Shown piece after piece: positions 41,137 through 54,871 of a stretch of DNA of 64,000 nucleotides (position 1 is the stretch's first letter; each line of letters starts with the position of its first letter). The DNA is from Octopus sinensis (lineage: Eukaryota), in the NCBI RefSeq assembly GCF_006345805.1, contig NC_043003.1, forward strand, positions 31,062,001 through 31,126,000, given 5' to 3'. The translations under genes were made by a program, and so were the position numbers. Below the pieces are notes generated by a model. The model did not search any database. It was not told the origin of the DNA and saw only the letters and a list, made by a program, of their open reading frames with translations.

Positions 41137-41429
41137 GTGTAAATACATATATATATATATATATATATATGTGTATATGTGTGTGTGTGAATGTACATAT
41201 ATATATATACATAATATATACATATTTATATATATATATATATACATGCATATACACACACACACACATATATATATATATGTATATGCATATATGCAGA
41301 CACATGCACACACACCACACACACGCACAAACAAGCTTATCTATCATGTCAGAATTTAATTTATAATATATTAAAACCTGTTTAAACCTGTCTCTCCGAG
41401 ACTATTGTTGAAATAATATCATTACAGTA

Positions 41430-42265
41430 GAACAAACAGCTGGGTAGAAGGGTGTTTGAGGTTGTGCCGCGCAATTGTTGATGAACTGTAATGCTAGAGG
41501 AGCGGCAGCATAGGAGGAACCTGGCACGAAAAGCCTCTGACTCTGTCCCTCGCTAACATATGCCAGAAGTCCTTCGGCTTGCTAAAGTACCGGAGAGCAT
41601 AACCAAAGTCATAGCTGACCTGGCATCATCACGGAGTACCATCTTGAAGTTAAATATAAAAAGTGATTGTATTATCCCTGATAAAATACACTACTGCAGA
41701 GGTATCTTCGAAGGAGACAGACTGTACATACTTTCAGTAAATCCCTTTGTCATTTATGTTGAGGAAGATTAAAAGGTATTGCCTTGGTTTACAGGGCGAC
41801 AGAAATACCAAAATTACAAATTGCTTCTTTGTGAATGACTCGAACCTGTATGTTAAGAGTACGCATGAGATGAAAAAGTGCCTTGACCGGGTTACAGTAT
41901 TCTCAAAGGATATAGATTTGGTGTTTGGTCAGGATATGTGTTCCTATATAGTTGTGAAACGAGGGAAAACTGAAAATTGTAATCTAGACTAGCTGCATAT
42001 CCATCAATAACTTAACTATTTCTCCAATGTCTGATGACGAATGTTACGATGGTACCTCTAACAAGGAACGCGTCCCCAAAGGATATAACAGCTGGATAAG
42101 AAAAATATGCACACCAGGGATCTCTGCATTCAACAAAACAGTGGCCTACAATGTGCTTGCAGCACCAGAATTCATACAAATATATGGGCTATTTGATCAG
42201 ACGCTTGATGAGATCCGAGCCATTGATGTGAAAACTCGGAAAATACTGACAAATACAAACAATTT
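41430..42265 (+). mobile_element. R4/Dong-like LINE RT fragment
   Basis: KASDSVP (KAFDSVPH), YCRGIFEGD, FFVNDSNLY (FMDDLKLY), SAFNKTVAYNVLAAP and IDVKTRKILT. Confidence 0.8.
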
Positions 42266-42312
42266 TTCAGATTTATATCTAAACAATTACTGCCTCAGTA
42301 ATCGTTTATCTG

Positions 42313-42602
42313 TGGAGGCGCAATGGCCCAGTGGTTAGGGCAGCAGACTCGAGGTCGGAGGATCGCCGTTTCGATTCCCAGACCGGGCGTTTTGTGTGCT
42401 TATTGAGTGAAAATATCTAAAGCTCCACGTGGCTCCAGCAGCAGGAGTTGTACTCTTTCGCCCCAACTTTCTCTCACTCTCTCTTCCTGTTTCTTGAGTA
42501 ACGCTGCGATGGACTGACGTCCCGTCCAGCTGGGGGGAATACATACGCCACAGAAACCGGGAAACCGGGCCCATGAGCCTGGCTAGGCTTGAAAAGGGTG
42601 CA
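42313..42602 (+). mobile_element. Family C tRNA-derived SINE with TSD
   Basis: GGAGGCGCAATGGCCCAGTGGTTAGG (A box) and GTTTCGATTCC (B box), flanked by AAT(C/A)GTTTATCT. Confidence 0.9.
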
Positions 42603-43731
42603 AAAAAAGAAAAATAGTTTATCTATAAATCTGAAGGTTTCTCGTCCCTCAAATTTGCGTTGTTGTATCTATGTTGTTAATCGTTATTGTACTTTCTCAT
42701 TGTGAATTAGTCATACAACGAATTTCATGAAAATTAGTAACATTGGTTTACGATTCACTACGTTTCTTATGACAAGACGTTCGAGGAAGTGTCTCTGTAA
42801 GACAGGCAGAATAAATATCACCATGAATTTTTGTTCGGATGCGCAGGATAACAGAAGCTTCCGGCGAATGCGTACGTCTTTCATCGATACACGCACACAG
42901 ACACAGGGACAGATACATTCGCATATACAGACGCTCAAACACATATACAAACGCACTCAGATGCACTCACTCAGACACACTTACACATACTCATGCACAC
43001 ATGCATACACTCAGATACTCATACATCTACACAAATACACACTGGGACAGGTATGTACACACTCAGAGAGGCATACACACATCCAGATACACACACACAC
43101 ACACACATACACAAACACAGACTCATACACACATACTCTCAAACATATACACAAATCAGACATACATACGCATGTATACAAAAGAGAGGCTTCCACGGAG
43201 TTTTCGTTCTCCAAATTCCATTCACAGATATCGGTCTGTGTCAGTTTGAGGCTATGGCAAAAGACACATATGCCCATAGGTATCGTGCAATGAAATGGAA
43301 ACCGAAACCCAGTGGTTACCAAGCAAATTTGTTAACCACACAGACAGGAGTCATTACTAAACAAGTTTTCATCGCTTCTCTGAAACTAGAGACGAAATGT
43401 AATTTCCTCTGAGTTTGTTTATAACAATAATAAATTTCAGCAAACGAGGGATTATTGGTGCAGTTAACTATTGGAGCAATTAATTGCTAGTCATTAAAAC
43501 GCCTTCAGGAATTATTCGCTGTTGTTGTTGTTGTCGCCATTCTCGTTCTCGTTGTCATCGTAATCGTTGTGGAGGTCGTACTTGGTCAAGCAGAGCTATG
43601 ACTAAATGTGACGAAGCTTTAGTGGTACTAGTATTACTGGTTATGGTAGTCGTGGTGGTGAATTAATATAAATTATAGTAGTTGTGGTTTAGCCAAAGAC
43701 AAACCTGATCTTACGATTAAAGATATTATTA

Positions 43732-44748
43732 AGGCGGCGAGCTGGCAGAAACGTTAGCACGCTGGGCGAAATGCTTAGCAGTATTTCGTCTGCCGTTACG
43801 TTCTGAGTTCAAATTCCGCCGAGGTCGACTTTGCTTTTCATCCTTTCGGGGTCGATTAAATAAGTACCAGTTACACACTGGGTTCGATATAATCGACTTA
43901 ATCCGTTTGTATGTCCTGTGGGTAATAAAGAAATAGGTATTTCATTTGCCATTACGTCCTGAGTTCAAATTCCGCTGAGGTCGACTTTGCCTTTCAACCT
44001 TTCGGAGTCGATAAATTAAGTACCAGTTACGCACTGGAGCCGATGTAATCGACTTAATCCCTTTGTCTGTCCTTGTTTGTCCCCTCTATGTTTATCCCCT
44101 TGTGGGCAATAAAGAAATAAGAATCGTTAGCGGTATTTCTTACGGCTTTACGTTCTGAGTTCTAATATCGCCGAGGTCCACTTTGCCGTTCATTCTTTCG
44201 GGGTCGATAAAATAAGTGGCAGTCGAATACTGGCGTCGATGTAATCGACGAACCTACTTCACACAAAATTTCAGGCCTTGTGCCTATAGTTGAAATAATA
44301 ATTAAAGGTATCATAGTCACGATCACCAAAACTTATTAAGGAATTTTCTTTTTCTGTTTTTTTTTTTAAGGTGTAAGGTGTAATGCAATCGATATTTGTA
44401 GCAGATATAGCGAATAACAAATAGCTCCTTCATTGGTTTGTAGCAACAGTAATATATATTGTAGTAGTAGCAGTAGATATTACATTAATAGTTGGTATAT
44501 TATCAGTATCAATATTAACATTAGTGTAAGGCAGCGAGCAGGCAGAATCATCATTAGCACGCCGGGCAAAATGCTTAGCGGCATTTCGTCCATCTTTATG
44601 ATCTGAGTTCAAATGCCGCTGAGGTCGACTTTACCTTTCATTCTTTCGAGGTCAATAAAATAACTACCAGTCGAGCAATGAGGTCGATGTAACCAACTTA
44701 GCCCCATCCAAAAAATTGCCCGGCCTTGTGCCAAAATTTGAAACCAAA
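43732..44748 (+). mobile_element. Cluster of family A SINEs (a multimeric copy plus a separate copy at 44528-44748)
   Basis: Repeated head, B-box and body motifs. Confidence 0.88.
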
Positions 44749-47700
44749 TTAGAATAAGTAATAGTAGGTACGTTTCATGAGTAAATAGGGTAGGTATTAG
44801 GCATTAATAAAATAGATGGTCAACAAAAAGGCGTTTTATTAAACAAAAAATTGTTTAAAGCAATCTCTTCAACCTGGGCCGATTTCAAAGATCCCTATAG
44901 CTGTGTCCTATTCGTCTACTTGCAATCAGACCGTCTACACTAGTGTTTTCCTGGAAAGAGATAAGCGTTCTGCTAGTTAAAGTATAGTGTCTACGTTTTC
45001 CTTAGTTATACTAGTAGTCTTTTGTAGCAAATATAATAGCCTTGTTAAGTCATATAGAGGAGACGGACGGGTAGTAAGACGCTATATCGAGCCATACAAA
45101 AGAAGTGCAATTCTTATTATTGATATTTCCAAACCAGTATATTACCTTTCCGTCACACTCCTACAAATCCAAGTGAACAGGTTTTGCAACCTTAGGAACT
45201 TCTCTAATATTTCCTTGTTAATTCTGCTAATATCCAAATTAGAGGGGCTGATTAGTCAAATGGAGGGCTCACTTAGGGAATTGGGAGATTTTGAGATGAA
45301 ATGGCTCCGTTCCGTAGTCCACTTCGAACTTACTAATGAATAGGCTTGGTCGTTAATGGATTCTAAGAGGGGGTAATGAAAAGCTCTTGGCTTTGGGAAA
45401 GAGAAAATACAGGAGGATCGGTTAGTAATGATTTTATTCAACATAGTCCCCTCTCAGATTCACAGACTTATTACAGCGGTCCTTCAGTAAAAGAAGTCGA
45501 AAGGTTGGGCCTCCATCCAGGCTTTCGCGACACCCTTAAAGCCAGGAACTTTTCAGCACCCCCTCGTACGGTGGTCCATGGCGTGTATATTTCCAGTTTT
45601 GTGAGGTATAATATGTAGCTTGGAGATTCTATTTGCTAACAATAGCCACTTAAATAAAATGAATTAGGGATTAACTGCTCACAGGAGAAAGTCGGGCATT
45701 CCGCCACCATCAGATCGAGAACAAGTACGATGAGATACGTTCGTATACAGCTATTATTCAGCATGATACGGTTGTACTAGTCACTATATTCTCGTATAAC
45801 TATTGCACTAATCGAATGGTAAGCAATATTCCATATCCGAACACACTCTGTCTAACATTAGCATTAGATAACCCTCTACTATCTTGTTACTAATATTGAC
45901 TGAGATCCTGCATGCATTCTAAGCCAGCGTCTACAATCAAGTTGTCGACGTTTTCCTTTTCTTACAACATCATGAAATGGGTCACACAAGTCTTATTTGG
46001 ATGCTCCCATTTCAAGGTGGCTTTCGCAGTGACCAGATAGTCGCAGCCGTTTGCCTGATATTCTCTCCAACTTTCAGTAGGCCTCCCTAAAGTCATTCAG
46101 TTGTCATATATTGCTGCCATTTCACATTTAGGGCTGTTCGTAGCATCCATTTAGTCTGTTTAATAATTTCCTTGTCAGTGTCCATGTTTCACTAAATGAA
46201 GCCAAGGTAAATTAAATTACTACAGTGGAGGGTAGCCTAATTTGTGTATTTATGTTTGTCACGGTTTGTCATTAATTACGCAATATTTATTTTATGCATA
46301 ATACAGCATAAATTAGAGGAACTGAAATAATTGAAATATTATGAAGTAGCCGCTTAGAGAAACCACATCTTTTCGATTTCAATCAACACAACTTTATATT
46401 TTCTGAGCTTGTCAAATTCTTTTGCCGCAATTTTATCATCATAGGTGATATTCATGTCAATCAATAAACAGACTTTATTATTTTGGTGTTTTACAACAAT
46501 ATCCGGTTTATCAACTTTGATGGTTCTCTTTCTATGTGTAGCAAAGTCCCTAAAAATCGTTACATTTCTCTCTCAGTTACAGCCTCTGCTTTCCGATTGT
46601 TGTTTCCGACTGAACCTTCTCCCAAAATTGCTGGCTTTGTGCCAAAATTTGAAACTGTTATTATTAACGTGGTTAATTCGTAGAATCGTTAAGTTTTTGC
46701 GATATATCATCCGTCTCTACGTTCTTCGATTAAATCCCGCCGAGGTCACATTTGAGATCACTTTTGTCTTTTATTCTCCAGGGTCGATAACATAAAATTC
46801 CAGTCAAGGACTGGAGTCCATATACTCGACCGACCTCTCCTTTCAGTATCGCTGGCCTTGTGTCTAAATCTAAAAACAATTTTTATTATTTGATGTTCAC
46901 ATTTAGTCCAAGTCAGACTTATTCAAGCACACCTAAAATCGAAAACCCTTTACTAATTCAGGACTAAATTGTCCAATATACTTTTAATCCTTTTTAAAGA
47001 CTGTTACTTTTGACTGCTTTTTCTAGTTGTTTGAGCAGCAGTGTAGAAGCTTTCGTTCTGGCTGGTCGTCGTCGTTAGGGTAGTAGTGATAGCAATATAG
47101 TTAGGTGAAGTGTTTTAATCGGCGAAATCACACCGTTTGAAAACGTTGAACAGATAACAAATCAATGAATACTTTTAAAGAAGAAATAACTATTTGAAGA
47201 AAGATGAACAGACTATCAAGTTAAAAAAGGGAACTAACAAAACTATTTGAAAATAAAAGACACGAAATGACAAAGAAAACAAAACAATAATAAAAATACT
47301 AGTTACCAAAGAAAAAAAAGAAATAATCCTAAGAACAAAATATACGGTATCTTCGTGACTTTTAATTACTTTTTTGAATTTCCGACCATATCTAAAAAAC
47401 ATTTTTATCAGAACATCTAAGGCATCGCCAAACATCGAAACTTCATTAAAAAATTAAACAAAAGAACAATATAAAAAAATTCAAGACATTTTTGCTCATC
47501 AGATTCTTCTGGAGTTAATTCAAAACCGAGATTAAGAAACAGGTTATCTCTCTACCCATTCTGTCTGTCTGTCTCTCTCTTTGTTTTTATAATTCTCTGA
47601 AGTTATTGTTTAACAATTGACGCGTTTCTAACCAAAGAATAAAGATGCTACTTTAGAATTTAAATAAAAAACGCCAGAAAAAATTACATGTTGATCTTTT

Positions 47701-47749
47701 AGAAACATCATGTATAATTTCATTGTTCCGCTTACTGAGTGAATTTGAA

Positions 47750-47754
47750 GTATG

Positions 47755-47785
<31 letters not shown>

Positions 47786-47910
47786 GAATATATGTATGTA
47801 TGTGTGTATGCATGTATGTAAGAATATATGTATGTATGTGTGTATGCATGTATATATATAAGTATGTATGTATGTATGTATGTATGTATGTATGTATGTA
47901 TGTATGTATG

Positions 47911-47941
<31 letters not shown>

Positions 47942-47943
47942 GA

Positions 47944-47977
<34 letters not shown>

Positions 47978-48095
47978 GAATATATGTATGTATGTGTGTA
48001 TGCATGTATATATATAAGTATGTATGTATGTATGTATGTATGTATGTATGTATGTATGTATGTATGTATGTATGTATGTATGTATGTATGTATGC
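47750..48095. repeat. (TATG)n microsatellite with a higher-order repeat
   Basis: Read directly. TAAGAATATATG interruptions recur. Confidence 0.95.
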
Positions 48096-48499
48096 GCGCC
48101 TGCGTGTTTGTGTTTGTATGTATCATAGGAATTTCATTTCGACATCAATAACAGTAATGAGTTACATGCTATATTTTATAAAAAAAAAATAATTTACTCT
48201 GTCATGCTGGTAAACTGAGCTTGAAGAATAGACATATTAGATGGCGTCGCTATTTCAAACATTGAAGGTTATTAATTAAAAAAAAAAAAAAGAAATTTAT
48301 AGTCACTGTAACGATGAGAGCATAAACATCTAATCAGAAATTGTTATGCAATAAGGTAAAGACGACATAAACTGGATAACGAATGTAACTTGAATAATTT
48401 CAGCGTGTATTTTGCTGAGGAGGTTTAATATGTCGGAAGCATAACCGGAGTTATCTCGTGTAATAATTGATTAACCTTTGAAAAAATATTGATAACAAT

Positions 48500-48617
48500 T
48501 AAGGAACATAGGCTTGAGACGTCAAAGGCATTTCTATTTTTCCTGACCGTCAAACTAATACACCTGCTTGTTGTTTCCTCACGTGTCTCTCTTTCGTTTT
48601 CTATACATTTGAACCTT
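48500..48617 (+). mobile_element. Decayed PLE pLTR end immediately upstream of array 1
   Basis: GGAACATAGGCTTGAGACGTCAAAGGC..TTCCTGACCGTCAAACTAATAC..TTGTTGT parallels 30812-30900. Confidence 0.55.
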
Positions 48618-48922
48618 ATATATATATATATATATATATTGTCATAAAAAAAGGGGTAGAATTAATTAATTGTTAATAAATTCGACCAAGCAGTATTCGG
48701 TATGTAAAGACCATTTACGGTATATTTGAAGTATTAATTTATAAAAATATGGTAAAGTAAAAAAATTCACTTTACCACACACCGAACTTTTCAGAAATAG
48801 CAGCCAAAAATTTGGCTATTTCTTCAACTGCAAATAAAAGTCTCCAGACAATGCATACTCAGAAAATAACTCACATAGGTATAAGGGAAAAAAACAATGA
48901 AAGATCACATCCATATACGATA

Positions 48923-48984
48923 CCCGAGGACAGTCTGTTTCTGGATTTGTGGGTAAAACGCCACTTTTCCTTCATCAGCTCAGA
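48923..48984 (-). ncRNA. Type I hammerhead ribozyme (array 1, left arm)
   Basis: Exact reverse complement of 49602-49663. Confidence 0.8.
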
Positions 48985-49601
48985 GATTTCTTCTGATTTA
49001 GATTTGAAAATACTAAGAATCAAACATACCCGTCCGATATCTGTAACATCGGACAAACCATGCCAGACACCCAGTACTAGCGAATCCAAAAATACGAATG
49101 AGATCTATTGTTCTCCCTGTCCACCCACGTGAGTCATAGAGCATTACATTTCTACAGAGGTAAAAACTGCAGTTCAAATTCTTGGAGAGAAAGCATTATA
49201 TTGTCATCAAAAAAGGGTGGCTGCTATTTCTGAAAAGTTCGGTGTGTGGTAAAGTGAATTTTTTTACTTTACCATATTTTTATAAATTAATACTTCAAAT
49301 ATACCGTAAATGGTCTTTACATACCGAATACTGCTTGGTCGAATTTATTAACAATTAATTAATTCTACCCCTTTTTTGATGACAATATAATGCTTTCTCT
49401 CCAAGAATTTGAACTGCAGTTTTTACCTCTGTAGAAATGTAATGCTCTATGACTCACGTGGGTGGACAGGGAGAACAATAGATCTCATTCGTATTCTTGG
49501 ATTCGCTAGTACTGGGTGTCTGGCATGGTTTGTCCGATGTTACAGATATCGGACGGGTATGTTTGATTCTTAGTATTTTCAAATCTAAATCAGAAGAAAT
49601 C

Positions 49602-49663
49602 TCTGAGCTGATGAAGGAAAAGTGGCGTTTTACCCACAAATCCAGAAACAGACTGTCCTCGGG
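49602..49663 (+). ncRNA. Type I hammerhead ribozyme (array 1, right arm), predicted cut after GUC at 49657
   Basis: UCUGAG-CUGAUGA-A-GGA..GUGG/CCAC..UCC-A-GAA-ACAG(A)CUGU-C-CUCGGG. Stem I is UCUGAG/CUCGGG and stem III is near-palindromic. Confidence 0.8.
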
Positions 49664-50859
49664 TATCGTATATGGATGTGATTTTTTTCCCTTATACCTA
49701 TATATATATATATATATAGTGTTTCACGGATTAAGAGGAAACATTTATATCACATTGTTACTGTTATTTCTGAATGTCGTTCCAATGTTAATAACGTGAT
49801 TTTCTTCTTCCTCTCTTGTCTCTAAATCAAACGATATAATTGAATAGAACCCCTCTTTCTCTTTCTCTGTCTCTCTATCTATCTTTTTCCCTCTTTGTTT
49901 TTTTTCCTTTCTCCAAAAAAAACATTAAAAAATTCTCCTCATCTAAACAAAGCATAGAACGTCCATAAAAGAACAAACAAAAAACAAAGCAAAAAATAAA
50001 ATGTCACATTCACCAAGGATACGCTGTTTTTATGATTTTGATTTTAATTCTTATCGTGAAGAGTTCGTTTAAACGAACGAAAGCGCTTATAATAAAGCAT
50101 TATATAATAAAGAATTATCCAAAATTCTGACTGCTTCCTTTTCTCTCGATACACACACACGCACAAACACACACAGACACTCACACACACAGACACACGC
50201 ATGCACGCACGCATGTATATGCATGAATGCATGTATGTGTGTATGTTTTTGTATGAACATGATTTTTGTATGAACATGATTTTAACATGATTAAAAGCAC
50301 AATGAGCGAAGAAAAATATCTCGTCTGTGTCAATGGCATTAATTTAGATAAATATATCAAGAGACATTGAATACTGCATGTAACAATTTCTTAATCAAGT
50401 TCTTAATTGAAAAAGAAAGCAACAACATATACTTACCTTGTTCAAAGCATGAAAATTGATTGTAGGAGATTAATTCTTAATTTCACAAAATTATTTCCTT
50501 TTTCTTCGAGAATTGTTAAAAATTACCAGTCGATTTTCGTTATATTTTCATCTAAGAAGATTTCGAGTGTACTACAATTTTTACGAATGGCATTAAGTGC
50601 AACATCCTTATTTTATGGTGGAAACGGTTATGTCATTCTTGAAATTTATTTTAGAAATGAGATATGAAGGAAGAAATATAAGCATTTTGGGCAATCTGAA
50701 GAATGCACAAACATTTAAAAAAGAAGAGTCAAGTTACTGCCCGCTCTCACTTACTGGGAAAAGATCTCCAAATCATTACATTCCTCGTCATAATTGTCCA
50801 TCTATCCATCCATTTTTACCGCCTACTATTTTACCGCCTACTAAAAAAAGGCTGAGTAG

Positions 50860-51237
50860 ACGCAGGAGTGGCTGTGTGGTAAGTAGCTTGCTTACCAACC
50901 ACATGGTTCCGGGTTCAGTCTCACTGCGTGGCACCTTGGGCAAGTGTCTTCTACTATAGCCTCGGGCTAACCAAAGCCTTGTGAGTGGATTTGATAGACG
51001 GAAACTGAAAGAAGCCCGTCGTATATATGTATATGTATATGTATAAATGTGTGTTTGTGTGTTTGTCTTTGTCCCCCCAACATCAGAGTTTTATGTCTCC
51101 GCAACTTAGCGGTTCGGCAAAAACCCTCCGATAGGATAAGTACTAGGCTTGCAAAGAATAAGTCCTGGGCTCGGTTTGCTCGACTAAAGGCGGTGTTCTA
51201 GCATGGCCGCAGTGAAATGACTGAAACAAGTAAAAGA

Positions 51238-51245
<8 letters not shown>
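50860..51245 (+). mobile_element. Full-length family B SINE
   Basis: GCAGGAGTGGCTGTGTGGTAAGTAGC head through the GACTGAAACAAGTAAAAGAGTAAAAGAG tail. Confidence 0.9.
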
Positions 51246-51296
<51 letters not shown>

Positions 51297-51630
51297 TTTT
51301 AGATCCCAGTTCATGGATATATTACGGAAACAAAAACAGGTCAATTAGCAAAAAAAAAGTGCAAAGATAAATAATAGGAAATCTAAAGTAAAATCATTTA
51401 AAAATTAATCAGTCAAACGTGGAGAGATACTGAGAAGAATCAATAGATAAGCTACCAGATTTATGATCTTACAAAACTTATCAGTTTGTGAACTATGTAA
51501 ATAAACAAGAATTTTGTTGGCCTCCAACGGATCATATTTTACTAAATTATACTAGTGTTATCATAAAGATAAAGCATTTGACATTTGTTTTTTTTTTATA
51601 TGATGATTAATTAATTGATGCATCTTGTTT

Positions 51631-51703
<73 letters not shown>

Positions 51704-51706
<3 letters not shown>

Positions 51707-54700
51707 AATTAAGGACTGAACACGAAAAGTGGACAGTCAACATGCTAGATATAGACGTCAAATCGCCATTCACCACAAAAGATTATGTTCTCAGATCAAA
51801 CTCAACACAAAACCATAGCAATAAACAAGTGAAAAATATACGAAATAAAATAATTACCCATGTACTAAATTAGTTTCAGCTGTTATTTTCCGCAAGGAAA
51901 ACTGCAGCCATCATCAGCATGGTCCGTTATAAATGTAATTTGCTGGACTAGATGCAAACACGATACCGAAATATCGCGTGCATGGAGTTCAGCCTATTAC
52001 ATTTGAATATACCTTTCAAATGCCTTTACTTTGGCGCGTTGAAACCCGAGAAAACCAGCCTGCAGCTAATAATTAGCAGCAGTTAATTTATCGGTTAGAG
52101 AACATATTTATTTATATAAAAGTAATTAAGGGTAGAAATTGATATTTATCAATTAAGACCAGTGGTCTAGCATATTAAAAAAGAATCCGAAGATTAAAAT
52201 ATTTATATATACCAATTAAGGACTGAACACGAAAAGTGGACAGTCAACATGCTAGATATAGACGTCAAATCGCCATTCACCACAAAAGATTATGTTCTCA
52301 GATCAAACTCAACACAAAACCATAGCAATAAACAAGTGAAAAATATACGAAATAAAATAATTACCCATGTACTAAATTAGTTTCAGCTGTTATTTTCCGC
52401 AGGAAAAACTGCAGCCATCATCAGAATGGTCCGTTATAAATGTAATTTGCTGGACTAGATGCAAACACGATACCGAAATATCGCGTGCATGGAGTTCAGC
52501 CTATTACATTTGAATATACCTTTCAAATGCCTTTACTTTGGCGCGTTGAAACCCGAGAAAACCAGCCTGCAGCTAATAATTAGCAACAGTTAAGAATGGT
52601 TGAGAACATAATGCTATGGTTTTGTGTTGAGTTTGATCTGAGAACATAATCTTTTGTGGTGAATGGCGATTTGACGTCTATATCTAGCATGTTGACTGTC
52701 CACTTTTCGTGTTCAGTCCTTAATTGGTATATATAAATATTTTAATCTTCGGATTCTTTTTTAATATGCTAGACCACTGGTCTTAATTGATAAATATCAA
52801 TTTCTACCCTTAATTAATTTTATATAAATAAATATGTTCTCTAACCGATAAATTAACTGCTGCTAATTATTAGCTGCAGGCTGGTTTTCTCGGGTTTCAA
52901 CGCGCCAAAGTAAAGGCATTTGAAAGGTAATTCAAATGTAATAGGCTGAACTCCATGCACGCGATATTTCGGTATCGTGTTTGCATCTAGTCCAGCAAAT
53001 TACATTTATAACGGACCATGCTGATGATGGCTGCAGTTTTCCTTGCGGAAAATAACAGCTGAAACTAATTTAGTACATGGGTAATTATTTTATTTCGTAT
53101 ATTTTTCACTTGTTTTGCTATGGTTTTGTGTTGAGTTTGATCTGAGAACATAATCTTTTGTGGTGAATGGCGATTTGAAGTCTATATCTAGCATGTTGAC
53201 TGTCCACTTTTCGTGTTCAGTCCTTAATTGGTATATATAAATATTTTAATCTTCGGATTCTTTTTTAATATGCTAGACCACTGGTCTTAATGATAAATAT
53301 CAATTTCTACCCTTAATTACTTTTATATAAATAAATATGTTCTCTAACCGATAAATTAACTGCTGCTAATTATTAGCTGCAGGCTGGTTTTCTCGGGTTC
53401 AACGCGCCAAAGAAGTAAAGGCATTTGAAAGGTATATTCAATGTAATAGGCTGAACTCCATGCACGCGATATTTCGGTATCGTGTTTGCATCTAGTCAGC
53501 AATTACATTTATAACGGACCATGCTGATGATGGCTGCAGTTTTCCTTGCGGAAAATAACAGCTGAAACTAATTTAGTACATGGGTAATTATTTTATTTCG
53601 TATATTTTCACTGTTTATTGCTATGGTTTTGTGTTGAGTATGATCTGAGAACATAATCTTTTGTGGTGAATGGCGATTTGAAGTCTATATCTAGCATGTT
53701 GACTGTCCACTTTTCGTGTTCAGTCCTTAATTGGTATATATAAATATTTTAATCTTCGGATTCTTTTTTAATATGCTAGACCACTGGTCTTAATTGATAA
53801 ATATCAATTTCTACCCTAATTAATTATATAAATAAATATGTTCTCTAACCGAAATTAACTGCTGCTAATTATTAGCTGCAGGCTGGTTTTCTCGGGTTTC
53901 AACGCGCCAAAGTAAAGGCATTTGAAAGGTATATTCAAATGTAATAGGCTGAACTCCATGCACGCGATATTTCGGTATCGTGTTTGCATCTAGTCCAGCA
54001 AATTACATTTATAACGGACCATGCTGATGATGGCTGCAGTTTTCCTTGCGGAAAATAACAGCTGAAACTAATTTAGTACATGGGTAATTATTTTATTTCG
54101 TATATTTTTCACTTGTTTATTGCTATGGTTTTTGTTGAGTTTGATCTGAGAACATAATCTTTTGTGGTGAATGGCGATTTGACGTCTATATCTAGCATGT
54201 TGACTGTCCACTTTTCGTGTCAGTCCTTAATTGGTATATATAAATATTTTAATCTTCGGATTCTTTTTTAATATGCTAGACCACTGGTCTTAATTGATAA
54301 ATATCAATTTCTACCCTTAATTAATTTTATATAAATAAATATGTCTCTAACCGATAAATTAACTGCTGCTAATTATTAGCTGCAGGCTGGTTTTCTCGGG
54401 TTTCAACGCGCCAAAGTAAAGGCATTTGAAAGGTATATTCAAATGTAATAGGCTGAACTCCATGCACGCGATATTTCGGTATCGTGTTTGCATCTAGTCC
54501 AGCAAATTACATTTATAACGGACCATGCTGATGATGGCTGCAGTTTTCCTTGCGGAAAATAACAGCTGAAACTAATTTAGTACATGGGTAATTATTTTAT
54601 TTCGTATATTTTTCACTTGTTTATTGCTATGGTTTTGTGTTGAGTTTGATCTGAGAACATAATCTTTTGTGGTGAATGGCGATTTGACGTCTATATCTAG

Positions 54701-54825
54701 CATGTTGACTGTCCAATTTTCGTGTTCAGTCCTTAATTGGTATATATAAATATTTTAATCTTCGGATTCTTTTTTAATATGCTAGACCACTGGTCTTAAT
54801 TGATAAATATCAATTTCTACCCTTA

Positions 54826-54836
<11 letters not shown>
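51704..54836. repeat. Hammerhead array 2: 507-bp unit, about 1.8 copies followed by about 4.4 inverted copies, flanked by (TA)n
   Basis: ACCAATTAAGGACTGAACACG at 51704 and 52211. Orientation switches at about 52610. Copies are nearly identical. Confidence 0.95.
53016..53080 (+). ncRNA. Type I hammerhead ribozyme (array 2), predicted cut after GUA at 53075. Further copies: 53519-53583, 54019-54083, 54523-54587 (+); 51858-51922, 52365-52429 (-)
   Basis: CCAUG-CUGAUGA-U-GGCUG..UUUUCC(UUGC)GGAAAA..CAGCU-GAA-ACUAA(U)UUAGU-A-CAUGG. All three stems pair and the core is intact. Confidence 0.88.

Positions 54837-54866
<30 letters not shown>

Positions 54867-54871
<5 letters not shown>

Larger units (their letters stand above)
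48639..49700. repeat. Hammerhead array 1: one unit of about 562 bp, the start of a second, and an inverted permuted copy, flanked by (TA)n
   Basis: TTGTCAT(C/A)AAAAAAGGG at 48639 and 49201. From about 49219 the sequence is the reverse complement of 48806 down to 48639, continuing with 49200 down to about 48875. Confidence 0.92.

Noticed and set aside
42313-42390. tRNA gene (also other SINE heads)
   Set aside because: A and B boxes are present, but the sequence continues into a SINE body with a TSD.
44800-46200. Possible LINE ORF1/5' region and RT tail on the minus strand
   Set aside because: It looks like decayed retroelement sequence, but I could not read a diagnostic motif.
48812-49799. 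ORFs of 61-106 aa in array 1
   Set aside because: They are mirror products of the inversion and show no recognisable domain.
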